Shown here piece after piece: positions 1-9,450 of a DNA stretch of 64,000 bases. The notes beneath the pieces are model-generated. The model made no database searches. It saw only the letters and a list, made by a program, of their open reading frames with translations, and had not been told where the DNA came from. The position numbers and the translations under genes were made by a program. The DNA lies in contig PWEA01000005.1 in the NCBI GenBank assembly GCA_003553905.1, positions 7,915 through 71,914 of the forward strand. Direction: 5' to 3'. Positions within the stretch are counted from its first letter, which is position 1. Each line of letters opens with the position of its first letter. This DNA is from Candidatus Aenigmatarchaeota archaeon. Lineage in GTDB: Archaea > Aenigmatarchaeota > Aenigmatarchaeia > PWEA01.

Positions 1-287
1 CTATGTAGTTTCTCTATATCAACAGTATTAAAACCAGCAAATGTTATTCCATCAAGCATTATGATACGGAGTTGGTCTCTGTGCTTAGTATTCTTCGAAG
101 CCTTGGCAATTTTTTGGGTTGCATCAAAGCCATCGACGGCTATATCTTCAACAAGAACACCATCAAGATAGGGTTTACCACCACGGACTACACTCCCTAC
201 AATAGGTACTCTTTCATCCTCTTCGCTGAAAGGAGAATCGTCCCAGCCCAGGATTCGTATTTCCTCCTTGATTTTCCTTATAGACAT
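1..287 (-). CDS. DUF99 (UPF0215) family protein, truncated by the window edge
   Basis: Minus-strand ATG at 287..285 reads through to position 1 with no stop. Translation MSIRKIKEEIRILGWDDSPF..VPIVGSVVRGG..VDGFDAT..RIIMLDGITFAGFN fits the conserved pattern of archaeal DUF99 proteins. It is absent from the ORF track because its stop codon lies outside the window. Confidence 0.5.
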   Translation of the reverse strand, partial: MSIRKIKEEIRILGWDDSPFSEEDERVPIVGSVVRGGKPYLDGVLVEDIAVDGFDATQKIAKASKNTKHRDQLRIIMLDGITFAGFNTVDIEKLH

Positions 288-317
288 CAAAAATCGAACC
301 AGCAGAATAAAAAGAAG

Positions 318-590
318 TCACAGATTCTCTGTCTGTTTTTTGAACTCTCCTGCATCGGACTTTATCTCTTCTGAAGCGTTTATGACTTCTTCGACAGGAT
401 CTCCTTCGGTTGTTTCAACTAGTAACTTTATGTTATCTAAGTAGGTGTGACCTTTCCTGAACTCCGCTTTTTTTATCTCAGTGCCGGATTCCCAAAGGTT
501 TTGTCTAAGAAGGTTCACAAGAGAAAAACCTTCGTCTTCAAACTCAAGCTTGAGTTTATTCTTTCCCTTTCCTCTAATCTTTATGCTCAT
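318..590 (-). CDS. rpoL: DNA-directed RNA polymerase subunit L (Rpb11-like)
   Basis: 90-aa protein with KLKLEFEDEGFSLVNLLRQNLWES..AEFRKGHTYLDNIKLLVETTEG, which resembles the RpoL consensus (LEFELEGEDHTLGNLLR..). Size and position next to housekeeping genes fit. Confidence 0.6.
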   Translation of the reverse strand: MSIKIRGKGKNKLKLEFEDEGFSLVNLLRQNLWESGTEIKKAEFRKGHTYLDNIKLLVETTEGDPVEEVINASEEIKSDAGEFKKQTENL

Positions 591-632
591 ATTACCACAG
601 GTTTATTTTAAGAACAATACTTTTAAAGTTTA

Positions 633-1577
633 TTACATCTTTAGGTTCTTAAAAACATTTTTCAGCTCACGGGGGTTGAGTATCGGACATCTGAAAGCTG
701 TTCTGTGCTCAACTGCAATACGGGGACATGCTGTATTGACAAAACAGTCAACGTCTATACCTTCGAGTTTCTCCGGGGTTATTTCATCCATAACAAACAC
801 AGAAACATTCCTACCGGCCTCCTTAAGCATATCCTTAAGTTCAAAGGCTAAATCAGGCCTTGACTGTCCTTTTTTTGTGGTCACAAGAATACCAAAATCT
901 TCTGCTTCCTTAGCCTGTTCTTGGGCAACTATACACTGTCTCTGGAATCTATCAAAGTCTACCATCTTCAACGACCCTTCTTCGAAATCCAGTCTAAATA
1001 TAGGCTTATCCGTCTCTAAAGCAAGACCGAGAGGATGAAACATACCGGAACCAATGTATATGAAACAGTCGACGTCTTCTTCAACCGCCATGGCAGAAGA
1101 AACATCGCAACCAAGGATCTGACCCTCCTCGACCCTTTCCCCAGCATCGCTAAGGACAGTAAATCCATTAGACTCAAAAAATTCCTTTGCCTTTTCAAAA
1201 GAAGGTCGGAAATTTGCAGCGGCAAGTAGGCCTATGTTTTCAAAGTCCTGAACAGTTTCGATGGAAGACTCTAATATCGGAACAGGATCTTTTTGATAAT
1301 ACCAGGGAAAGTATATGGTCCTTATCTTCTCGTCCTTGCAAAATCGTGTGTGACCTATATGAACAAGAATATCGCAGCCGAGGTCCATGGCTTCTGTGTC
1401 CTTTATATCACATGCTCCATAACACGGTTCCAGAGACACAATAGAATCTGTATCTTTCTTATCAAGTTCGTCCTGTAATACCTTTACCTTTTTCTTGAGG
1501 CCTTCCGGAACCTGGATAAATACTCTCTCGGGGTTATCTTCCAAAATCACAGAAACCAGTTCTCTTATCCGTTTCAT
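633..1577 (-). CDS. dph2: 2-(3-amino-3-carboxypropyl)histidine synthase (diphthamide biosynthesis Dph2)
   Basis: 314 aa with a conserved Cys-containing segment (LEPCYGACD) typical of archaeal Dph2 radical-SAM-like enzymes. Size is typical. Confidence 0.75.
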   Translation of the reverse strand: MKRIRELVSVILEDNPERVFIQVPEGLKKKVKVLQDELDKKDTDSIVSLEPCYGACDIKDTEAMDLGCDILVHIGHTRFCKDEKIRTIYFPWYYQKDPVPILESSIETVQDFENIGLLAAANFRPSFEKAKEFFESNGFTVLSDAGERVEEGQILGCDVSSAMAVEEDVDCFIYIGSGMFHPLGLALETDKPIFRLDFEEGSLKMVDFDRFQRQCIVAQEQAKEAEDFGILVTTKKGQSRPDLAFELKDMLKEAGRNVSVFVMDEITPEKLEGIDVDCFVNTACPRIAVEHRTAFRCPILNPRELKNVFKNLKM

Positions 1578-1578
1578 A

Positions 1579-2256
1579 TTATCTCAAAAGGTTTGATATT
1601 ATCGGCAGATACGATATCTCTCCAAATATGGACCACATGTAGGGCATTACAAGAAGTACAGCAAGTAGGACTGCAACAACGATTAACCCCTGCTTACTAC
1701 CCCCTTCTCTGAAACCAAAGGCTATGCCGGATACCATACCACCTATATGTGCTATATGCGCAACGTTTCCGTGTCCTCCTGTCATAAAGCTAACAACTTC
1801 CGTAATGGCCATAAATATACCTATAAGGGCTAGAGGAAGGGGGAGAGGTATAGGATACGGTATAAAATCAAAGGGTGTGAGAACTATGGCAGTTCCCATT
1901 ATAGCAAAGACGGCACCGGAAGCACCTATAACTATCTGATCCATTGGGTATGTAAAGAGGACAAAAAGGTTACCGACTATACCTCCTATAAAGAATATTA
2001 TTAGGAATGTTTTTACAGATAACTCCTCCTCGAGCGCACGACCGAAGAAAAAAAGAGCTATAGAGTTAAGGGCAAGATGAGCAGGGTTTCCATGGAGAAA
2101 TATCGAAGTTATAAGGGTCCACACTTCACCACCCATAAGATTCTCACCAGAAAATCCAAGGTTTTGGGTAATAATATCGGTCTGTGGGAAAAGCCAAATA
2201 ATAGTAGATATAGCTATAATGATTAAAATCATAAGGTAGGTAATTCTTAGTTTCAT
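1579..2256 (-). CDS. Rhomboid-family intramembrane serine protease
   Basis: Polytopic membrane protein with the GASGAVFAIMG (GxSG) serine motif and a downstream AHIAHIGGMVSG histidine helix. Confidence 0.75.
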   Translation of the reverse strand: MKLRITYLMILIIIAISTIIWLFPQTDIITQNLGFSGENLMGGEVWTLITSIFLHGNPAHLALNSIALFFFGRALEEELSVKTFLIIFFIGGIVGNLFVLFTYPMDQIVIGASGAVFAIMGTAIVLTPFDFIPYPIPLPLPLALIGIFMAITEVVSFMTGGHGNVAHIAHIGGMVSGIAFGFREGGSKQGLIVVAVLLAVLLVMPYMWSIFGEISYLPIISNLLR

Positions 2257-2260
2257 GGGG

Positions 2261-4354
2261 CTACCTCATACGTTCCAATAGAAGTTTTTTCTCGATCCTT
2301 GCGACAGTGTTCTTTACATGGGCTACTTTGTTAGGTCTAACTAGGATAGTATCGACGCCGTTCTCTATAAGCTTCATGAGAAAGCCTTTGTCTGCCACAT
2401 CGGAAACCGCTACCTTTGAACCTTCCTCTCTACAGGTATCACAAAAGTCCTCAATAGAACTCCAGAAGGGCTTAGACGAGAACACATTTCTTCCCTTGGT
2501 GTGTCCAAAGAAAAGGTCCACTAAACTCTCGAAATCAAGCAGGTAAAGATCAGCCCCTGTGTCCCCCAAACTGCCCAACGAAAGAAGCATCTCTGGGGTA
2601 TCAACAACCAGACCTACCTCTGTCTCATCAGGAATCCCAAGCGAGTTTATTTTTTTATCAAGATCTTTAAAGCTATTTACAGACAGCAGAACATTCGTAT
2701 TTTCGGGACTTCTGTCTATGGTCCCAAGAAGCTCAGAGACCCTACTCATACCACCATCACTATCTTCAGGCTTTAACCAAAGCTCCTTTTCCTTCGGCCA
2801 TCTTGAAAGCTTGTCCGAAAGTCCCCTTTCCCTTGAAATCCCAAAATTCATAGACGATACATTAGAACCATCAACCAGTACAACACACCCTTCTACGTCG
2901 TCGAATCTCTCGGGATCAAAGTTTTCTGAGTTTGTCAAAACAATCAGTTCGGTTGCAGTTATAGAATCTATATTGTGAGCCATCAGACTCCCACCACTGG
3001 AAGTTTCAGAATCCCACTGCATTCCATCGGCCTCATGTTTAGTTCTGTTGTGAGAAAAAACAACTCCCTCAACAGTATCCACTACCACTTCCTTACCTTC
3101 GGACAATGAAGAATAATCGGGATCTTCAATTATCATGGAAGGTATTTCCAACTCTCTTGTGATCTTAGCCTGCCTTGATGAAAATCCCCCCGATGTCGTC
3201 AGGAGTGCACTAGGTCTTTTTGTTAAAATATCAAACACTGAAGTCAGGTTTTTTACCAGTATCTTTTCTTCGGAATTCCTTTCTGATCTAGTAACCTCAC
3301 CGGAAACCTTTCCTGGGCTTACACCAAATCCTTTAGAAAGTACATCACTATTCTGTCCTTCTCTTTCCATTGTATTGGTATTTTTCAATGTCATCACATC
3401 AAGTACAAAAAAATCACCGTTGCGCGTGCAGAACTCCACAGCTACCGACGAACCAAATCTTGAAGTTACCTTTCTTAAACTTGACGCAAGTTCACTTGCT
3501 TCTCTATCCTTTAAAACAGGCCTATCTTTCTTACTGGAAGAAGATGGTTGTTTCTCAATGTCACCAGTCGATGGGTTTTTCTCCTGTACCCACTCCCTCC
3601 TATTCGTTTTCTTATCTACCAGGGATCCGTTTTGGTCAAAAAAGTAAATATCAGGAACAACCTCACCCCTGAACATCAGCTCACCGAAACCGTATATACC
3701 CTCCAAAACCGAACGTTCTGGATTACAAGGATCTCTTTCGAGGTATGCAAAGGTTTTATCTGGAACTATCATCTTTTGGACAAGGACCCCAAAGGAAAGA
3801 TCATGTGGATATCCCCTCTTTTCTCTATAGTATATGGCCCCAGGACTAAAGAAGCTCTTCCACGACTCCTTGATTTCTTTTATTAGATTATCATTTCCCT
3901 TTACATTCATACTGCTTCTGTAGATAGACGGTGAAAGATTACCATCCCTTTTTGGAGAAGATCTAACCACAACAGGCGGATTGTCTCTACCGGCCTTAAT
4001 TAGTTCCATGGCCTTACGACCAGCCTTTTTGGCCTCGGAAGATATGACGAAGTTTTTATATGCTTCCTCTATCTCATTTTTTAGCTCATGTGATATATGA
4101 AAGTTCTCGAAAAGATTAAATATCTCTCTGCTGGCATCTTTTAGTTCTCTCCTATCATCAATTTTTGTTCTTGAAAGAATAGAAAGTATCTTATCACTTA
4201 TCCCATTTCTTTCGAGAAAGTCTTTCATGGCTTGGTCTGTTACTACAAAACCCTGAGGTACCTTGGAAGTCTCGGAAACCGCAGCCAATGAAGCTGCCTT
4301 GCTTCCTACATCATCCTCTTCGTACGCATCTTCAAGAGAAAGTATTTTCTTCAT
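2261..4354 (-). CDS. PEP synthase / pyruvate phosphate dikinase-like protein (PEP-utilizing enzyme family, divergent)
   Basis: N-terminal PPDK_N / ATP-grasp-like region (VGSKAASLAAV..VPQGFVVTDQA). Central mobile-domain-like segment GGFSSRQAKITRELEIPSMI corresponds to the canonical GGRTSHAAIxARELGIP but lacks the His. C-terminal region is degenerate. Confidence 0.5.
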   Translation of the reverse strand: MKKILSLEDAYEEDDVGSKAASLAAVSETSKVPQGFVVTDQAMKDFLERNGISDKILSILSRTKIDDRRELKDASREIFNLFENFHISHELKNEIEEAYKNFVISSEAKKAGRKAMELIKAGRDNPPVVVRSSPKRDGNLSPSIYRSSMNVKGNDNLIKEIKESWKSFFSPGAIYYREKRGYPHDLSFGVLVQKMIVPDKTFAYLERDPCNPERSVLEGIYGFGELMFRGEVVPDIYFFDQNGSLVDKKTNRREWVQEKNPSTGDIEKQPSSSSKKDRPVLKDREASELASSLRKVTSRFGSSVAVEFCTRNGDFFVLDVMTLKNTNTMEREGQNSDVLSKGFGVSPGKVSGEVTRSERNSEEKILVKNLTSVFDILTKRPSALLTTSGGFSSRQAKITRELEIPSMIIEDPDYSSLSEGKEVVVDTVEGVVFSHNRTKHEADGMQWDSETSSGGSLMAHNIDSITATELIVLTNSENFDPERFDDVEGCVVLVDGSNVSSMNFGISRERGLSDKLSRWPKEKELWLKPEDSDGGMSRVSELLGTIDRSPENTNVLLSVNSFKDLDKKINSLGIPDETEVGLVVDTPEMLLSLGSLGDTGADLYLLDFESLVDLFFGHTKGRNVFSSKPFWSSIEDFCDTCREEGSKVAVSDVADKGFLMKLIENGVDTILVRPNKVAHVKNTVARIEKKLLLERMR

Positions 4355-4408
4355 ACTATCAATACTTTGGATTGTTAATTAAATAACTTAGGAGACCCGA
4401 GGCGAAAA

Positions 4409-4945
4409 TCACGAATACTTTTCGAGACCCTTGATAGTACAAGGACATGGAAGTTTATGTTTTGCCCTTCTGAGTGTTTCCTTTGCGATATCCAATTTGT
4501 TCTCTGGTACTCTGATAAGCATAAAATTCTGTCCTTTATCCATCCTTGCGGCTCTTCCTATAGGATTACCAAATGCCTTCGTCATTCCTTCCTGAAATCT
4601 ATCGGCTCCTGCTCCCGTCGCAAGGGGATTTTCACGAAGTACGTGGTGAGGATAAACAAGAAGCTTAAGGAAATAATTTTTCTCACCGAGTTTGTCCTTC
4701 AGATATTTGTTAGCATTCATTCTAGCAGCTTCTATGGCGTTATGCCTTATCTGGACATCCTTATCAACGGAAAGTTTAAGCTCGATCTTATAGTCATCCT
4801 TGTTCTTTAGATCGCCGTTTTCAAAGTCCCTTGTCTTTATAGCTGGAACTCCTTTGATGTAGCTCTTCCTGGGGTTTCTTTCACTTACCCTTGTATAAGG
4901 CTTCCCGTCCTTGTCACGGTAACACCTTCCTGGTCTGAGTCCCAT
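4409..4945 (-). CDS. rpl10e: 50S ribosomal protein L10e (uL16)
   Basis: MGLRPGRCYR..GAGADRFQEGM..AFG.PIGRAARM is the classical L10e/L16 signature. Confidence 0.9.
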   Translation of the reverse strand: MGLRPGRCYRDKDGKPYTRVSERNPRKSYIKGVPAIKTRDFENGDLKNKDDYKIELKLSVDKDVQIRHNAIEAARMNANKYLKDKLGEKNYFLKLLVYPHHVLRENPLATGAGADRFQEGMTKAFGNPIGRAARMDKGQNFMLIRVPENKLDIAKETLRRAKHKLPCPCTIKGLEKYS

Positions 4946-5047
4946 AATTTCACCTTTTGCCTTGAGAATTTTACTGAGTACATTTAAATATTTTTGCCTC
5001 TAAAACAAAGAAAAATAAAAATGGGGGTTCGACCACAAAGATATGGG

Positions 5048-5290
5048 TCATTCCTTTTCTTTCCAATCGCCTGTTTTCTTAAGGTATTCTACTTCGCCCG
5101 AGTTCTTGGCATCGTAGGTTACGCCGGTTTCGTGAACCATCTTTTTAACTACCTGATTAGTCACTTTATCCTTTGCGTACTCAGATGCCTCTTCGATGTC
5201 CTTGCCAATTTCTTCAATGTCTATTGTTGTCGGTTTTAGAATATCTGGCTTATCCTCGGACTTGTCATACCCCGATTCTTCATCAGCCAT
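5048..5290 (-). CDS. Hypothetical small acidic protein
   Basis: 80-aa ORF with coding-like composition and no recognisable motif. Confidence 0.35.
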   Translation of the reverse strand: MADEESGYDKSEDKPDILKPTTIDIEEIGKDIEEASEYAKDKVTNQVVKKMVHETGVTYDAKNSGEVEYLKKTGDWKEKE

Positions 5291-5348
5291 AGAATCACCA
5301 ATAATACTTAGTTACCTGAACTTTAAAAGCATTATATATCGCAGAAGG

Positions 5349-5831
5349 TTACTGTTTGTCGTATTTCTGTATTTCGTCATTCATTATCTCAAGTGCCACA
5401 CCTGCTTTCTGGAATATACTCTTCGTATCCTCGGAAGCATGATAGTCTCTTTCACAAACCACCCTTTCTATCCCAGCGTTGATTATCATCTTCGCACATG
5501 TATAACAAGGAGTCATCCTACAGTATAGGGTCGCACCCTCTATGGATACACCGAGTTTAGCTGCCTGTACAATTGCATTTTCTTCTGCGTGGCTTGTTCT
5601 TACACAGTGTTGGCTTGAAGAACCATCCTCATGAGTAACTTCCTTGAACTTATGACCTACCTCATCACAGTGCGGCATTCCAGAAGGAGCACCTACGTAT
5701 CCTGTGGTGAGTATCCTTTTGTTCCTTGCTATAACACAACCACTCCTACCACGGTCACATGTCGCCCTATCGGCAACCACATCGGCTACCTTCAAAAAGT
5801 ATTCATCCCAACTTGGTCTTTTATCGGTCAT
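5349..5831 (-). CDS. dCMP deaminase (CMP/dCMP deaminase zinc-binding family)
   Basis: HAEENAI zinc-ligand and catalytic Glu motif, then PCYTCA Cys ligands. Confidence 0.8.
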   Translation of the reverse strand: MTDKRPSWDEYFLKVADVVADRATCDRGRSGCVIARNKRILTTGYVGAPSGMPHCDEVGHKFKEVTHEDGSSSQHCVRTSHAEENAIVQAAKLGVSIEGATLYCRMTPCYTCAKMIINAGIERVVCERDYHASEDTKSIFQKAGVALEIMNDEIQKYDKQ

Positions 5832-5835
5832 AGTA

Positions 5836-7080
5836 TCAAAAGGGAGTCAGCCAGTCAGAAATTTTATCTCCAAGGCTTTTGCTTTCTTTTTCCTCCTTTT
5901 CTTTCCTTTCCATCTCCTTTATATTTTTCTTTATAACCTTCTCCGCTTTCTTCGCCGCTTCACTGTCGTTTCCGACACCTACCGATATACCAACTCCAAC
6001 TACGATTATATCGCTTCCTTCGGGTGATCTCATAATAGATTTTTCAACTAGCTTCTCAACTTCAGGAACTGCTTTGTATATCTCCTCCTTCATTGGTCTT
6101 ACTACATCCTCCATTGGATCCTGATTGATTCCAATTGACTCTATGGCTATGTCTTCTTCTACAGCTATATCTTCTATCCAATGTCTTTCAGCATTTCCCC
6201 TTGGCCCCATGGCAAATCCTACACCTTCAACTACACTACCTCTCTTCTCTCCCTTCAACATTCCTTTGGCATCTATCGGTATTATTTTATCCACATCATT
6301 TTCCTCGGTGATTTTTTCGACCGCTTCGTGAACCTCACCGAGAACTGCAGCAGGACCGTTCGGTTTTATTATAAACACGTTCCTTCCCTCAATCTCCCTT
6401 TCCGCACAGACCTGATCCTCGGCTATTTCCTCTACATCAGCATCGCCTATCAAAGATGCAGCACAAAGAGGTCCTATAGAATCACCTACAGGCTCTTGGT
6501 TTGCAAGACAAAGAACACTTTCTTTTAGCATCTTTATCTGTTTCTCTATAAACGGTATCTGCATCTTAAGAAGCATCCCTATCTGTAGGTTCTTGGTTTC
6601 TTTAACCAATTCGAGCATATGCCTAACAATCTTAGAAATCTGCTGAACCGCAGTAGCATGAACAGTTGCCGCAGCAAAGCTCTTTTGTTCTCCTGCCTCG
6701 AGATCGGAAACATCGCCTATAAACTGCCTGTATCTTTCATCATGTATATCATACATCTGTTTTATCTTCTTCATAACACCAGAAGGATCCGTCTGCTCAG
6801 GAGGAACAGTAAACAGGTCCACAATCCTATCAAAGTTTTCTCTTAGTTCGCTACTGGATAGTTCGCTCCTTTTTTCAAGTAACTCTACTAGCTCGTCTCT
6901 CGCCTCTTCAGACATCTCTTCGAACTCTTTAACCTTCTCCTGTAGCTTCTGAACCAATTGGTATATCATTAGCTTGGGGTAGAACATGAAAAAGGATATG
7001 ATTAATGCAAACCAAAGAATTCTAGTCCACCAATCACCGTTACCAAAAAACTGTGCAAGAATCTCCAACATAAAACCCAC
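5836..7080 (-). CDS. Hypothetical N-terminally membrane-anchored protein with acidic coiled-coil region
   Basis: 414 aa. N-terminal hydrophobic helix (WWTRILWFALIISFFMFYP), then a long charged region. Possibly a DUF1512-like archaeal protein, but the family is not verified. Confidence 0.5.
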   Translation of the reverse strand: MGFMLEILAQFFGNGDWWTRILWFALIISFFMFYPKLMIYQLVQKLQEKVKEFEEMSEEARDELVELLEKRSELSSSELRENFDRIVDLFTVPPEQTDPSGVMKKIKQMYDIHDERYRQFIGDVSDLEAGEQKSFAAATVHATAVQQISKIVRHMLELVKETKNLQIGMLLKMQIPFIEKQIKMLKESVLCLANQEPVGDSIGPLCAASLIGDADVEEIAEDQVCAEREIEGRNVFIIKPNGPAAVLGEVHEAVEKITEENDVDKIIPIDAKGMLKGEKRGSVVEGVGFAMGPRGNAERHWIEDIAVEEDIAIESIGINQDPMEDVVRPMKEEIYKAVPEVEKLVEKSIMRSPEGSDIIVVGVGISVGVGNDSEAAKKAEKVIKKNIKEMERKEKEEKESKSLGDKISDWLTPF

Positions 7081-7169
7081 GAACTTATTTTTATCTTTGG
7101 TCCTTTTAAATGTTCACAGCAGAATCTAAGGAAGCATTTGACCATGGACCTTAATTACTACATGGTCGA

Positions 7170-7436
7170 TTATTCAGCCAACTTGTCAAGCTCTTTCTTG
7201 ACATCTTCAGGTAGAATATCCTTCCCAAACTTGTAGAGTGGTTCCGAACCTTCCTCACGTTCCGGATCCCTTAGATTGTAGCTATCGTCTGTTTTCTCTA
7301 CCTTTTTGAAGGAAAACTCCTTTGTAGAACCATCCCACATCTCTTTGTAGAGTCTTGGATCTCCCTTTTCATCGTACCCGAAGTTAATGTCAATTTTTCC
7401 ATTCTCTTTGTTGTCGTCGTTTTCCATACCTAACAC
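7170..7436 (-). CDS. Hypothetical protein
   Basis: 88-aa acidic ORF, same strand as neighbours, no motif. Confidence 0.35.
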   Translation of the reverse strand: MLGMENDDNKENGKIDINFGYDEKGDPRLYKEMWDGSTKEFSFKKVEKTDDSYNLRDPEREEGSEPLYKFGKDILPEDVKKELDKLAE

Positions 7437-7479
7437 CTTTACTATGTAACCTGAATTATATTTATTTTTGAGCTTAAAA

Positions 7480-8193
7480 TTACTTTATCTTCTCCTTGAC
7501 TTTTCTAAAGAATCCTATAAGTACACTTGCTTCCTTTCTCGATATCATCGATCTGCCTAATATGTTTTTGAATGAAAACTTCAATGATTCATATCTGTAA
7601 TCCTCAACGTCGACGGAATCAACGATATCCTTCAGTTGGTCCATTAGAACCTCTCTCTCCTTATGACTAGCAAGTTCATAAGAACCGTCCCCCTCTGCCT
7701 TACTTAACTCATATAGTATTATTGCAGTGGCATGTGAAAGATTGAATACTGGATACTCGCTGTTAGCCGGTATATGGCAAAGCAAATCCGTTTTTTTGAC
7801 CTCGTCGTTATTTAGTCCCTTTGATTCGGGGCCGAAGACCAAAGCTATGCTTCCTTTGACATCGGAGATCTTCTCCTTGATATCACAGGGCCCAAGTGCA
7901 TTTCTGAGTATATTGTACCTTCCACCTGTCTCTGAGGAAGTCGAAATGACTATATCGAAGCCCTCCCAATCCATACTTTCCTCGATGACCGCATCGTCGA
8001 GGATGTCTCTGGCATGCTTGGCTCTGTTTCTTGCCTCGGTTCCAATATCACAAGGATCCACGAGCAAAAGTTTTTCGAAGCCGAAGTTTTTCATGGCTCT
8101 GGCAACGGCGCCTATGTTCCCCTCTGTTTCGGGTCTCATCAAAACGACAGTTATATTTTCATTCTTCATACAATCACTCAACAGTATATCCAA
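7480..8193 (-). CDS. trmJ: SpoU/TrmH-family tRNA 2'-O-methyltransferase (TrmJ-like)
   Basis: MRPETEGNIGAVARAMKNFG is the SPOUT-class TrmJ N-terminal motif. 237 aa. Confidence 0.65.
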   Translation of the reverse strand: MDILLSDCMKNENITVVLMRPETEGNIGAVARAMKNFGFEKLLLVDPCDIGTEARNRAKHARDILDDAVIEESMDWEGFDIVISTSSETGGRYNILRNALGPCDIKEKISDVKGSIALVFGPESKGLNNDEVKKTDLLCHIPANSEYPVFNLSHATAIILYELSKAEGDGSYELASHKEREVLMDQLKDIVDSVDVEDYRYESLKFSFKNILGRSMISRKEASVLIGFFRKVKEKIK

Positions 8194-8296
8194 ACGTGGA
8201 AATCCCTTTGATCTTTAGACTTTTATTATTAAGAGTTGGATGTATAGAGTCGTTTTTAACAGAGTATTTAAATCTCCAGTTCTAAAAATTTAGACA

Positions 8297-8983
8297 ATGA
8301 AAAAAGGCATCAGCACTTCTGTACTTTTGGCAGTGATAGCTGCAACGCTGCTCTTAGCAGGAGGTTTAATAAGAGATGTTGGCGGTGAACTCCCAACTGA
8401 AGAAGGTGTAACAGTTCTGAGAAGGGTAATAAACTTTGTATCGGACTCCATATCAAAAGGTGTCACAGTCAGAAGAGATATAGACATAAATGGATCTCTG
8501 ACCCATAACGGAAGTTTTGAATTCGAGAACATAAATCCTGAAAAGATGTCTATAAGGTATCTACCCGCTGAAACCGACGTAGTATCAGATGACAAAAGTA
8601 TAGTTGTCGACGGCGATGTAGCAGATATGGAAGTCGTTGATTTCCGTGGTTCCGTCGAAATTGACCACGAAACTGTGATATTGGAAGGTGAAACAACCTC
8701 ACTCTCTTCAGGAGGCACGACCTTCGAAGGCGATTTTATAGACGTCACAATGAACGGTACTTTCAAAAGAGTGGAGATTGGAAAAGCAGAGATAAAGGAA
8801 ATAGGCTTCGGAGATCCCCATGGAATACTTGATGTAGGTAGATCTTTATCAGTGACCTTGGATGGGACCGAAACAACAGTACACGCATTCTCTGGGGATA
8901 TTCAGTTTGAACCTCAAAAAGTATTCATAACCGGAGAAACGAGCAAGATAACCTCAGGAAACAAAACCATAAGCGCAAACTAA
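8297..8983 (+). CDS. Secreted or surface protein with pilin-like (class III-type) N-terminus
   Basis: MKKG then ISTSVLLAVIAATLLLAGG: a basic N-terminus, a KG dipeptide, then a hydrophobic helix. The rest is beta-rich and acidic. Confidence 0.5.
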   Translation: MKKGISTSVLLAVIAATLLLAGGLIRDVGGELPTEEGVTVLRRVINFVSDSISKGVTVRRDIDINGSLTHNGSFEFENINPEKMSIRYLPAETDVVSDDKSIVVDGDVADMEVVDFRGSVEIDHETVILEGETTSLSSGGTTFEGDFIDVTMNGTFKRVEIGKAEIKEIGFGDPHGILDVGRSLSVTLDGTETTVHAFSGDIQFEPQKVFITGETSKITSGNKTISAN

Positions 8984-8988
8984 AACTT

Positions 8989-9417
8989 TCAGTCATCCTC
9001 GCGGTTCTCTCTTAATTTCTTATCGAGATCGTCCTTCGTGACAAAGTCTTTACTCTTCGAAAACAACTTCCTTGCAGGCCATGTAACTACCCTTAAAATC
9101 TTCTTGACTGTGCCTATGAAAACATATCCCAGATAAAGGATAAGTGCGAACAGGCCATAGGACAACATCGAATCAATCCCTATGGCTATGGCGGTACCGA
9201 AAAAATTGTTGGCAAAAAGAGGGAAAAGCGCCCCTGCAACAAAAACAAGCATCCCATGGAAGGCTATCTTTAATGACTTGTATATAAGATACACAAATAT
9301 AACAAATACTGCTACAGGAAGCAAACTATAGAGGTTGGACCCTATGCCTATGAACTGATCGGGGATAACGGACGATAGAAGCGAAACTATAATATCTACT
9401 AAACCAGATAGAGGCAT
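8989..9417 (-). CDS. Hypothetical polytopic membrane protein
   Basis: 142 aa with 3-4 predicted TM helices. No A24 peptidase motifs could be confirmed. Confidence 0.4.
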   Translation of the reverse strand: MPLSGLVDIIVSLLSSVIPDQFIGIGSNLYSLLPVAVFVIFVYLIYKSLKIAFHGMLVFVAGALFPLFANNFFGTAIAIGIDSMLSYGLFALILYLGYVFIGTVKKILRVVTWPARKLFSKSKDFVTKDDLDKKLRENREDD

Positions 9418-9450
9418 ATAGAAAAATACTCCTTATTAAATAAAAATGTT

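Noticed and set aside
72-374. 100-aa plus-strand ORF at the window start
   Set aside because: It lies antisense to the DUF99 gene (1..287) and the RpoL gene, both of which have clear family motifs. Its product is low-complexity.
481-1038. 185-aa plus-strand ORF inside dph2
   Set aside because: It is antisense to a well-supported Dph2 gene and has S/L-rich shadow-ORF composition.
8989-9417. Possible prepilin peptidase (PibD/FlaK) candidate
   Set aside because: The protein is polytopic, but 142 aa is too short and the two catalytic Asp motifs of A24 peptidases could not be identified.
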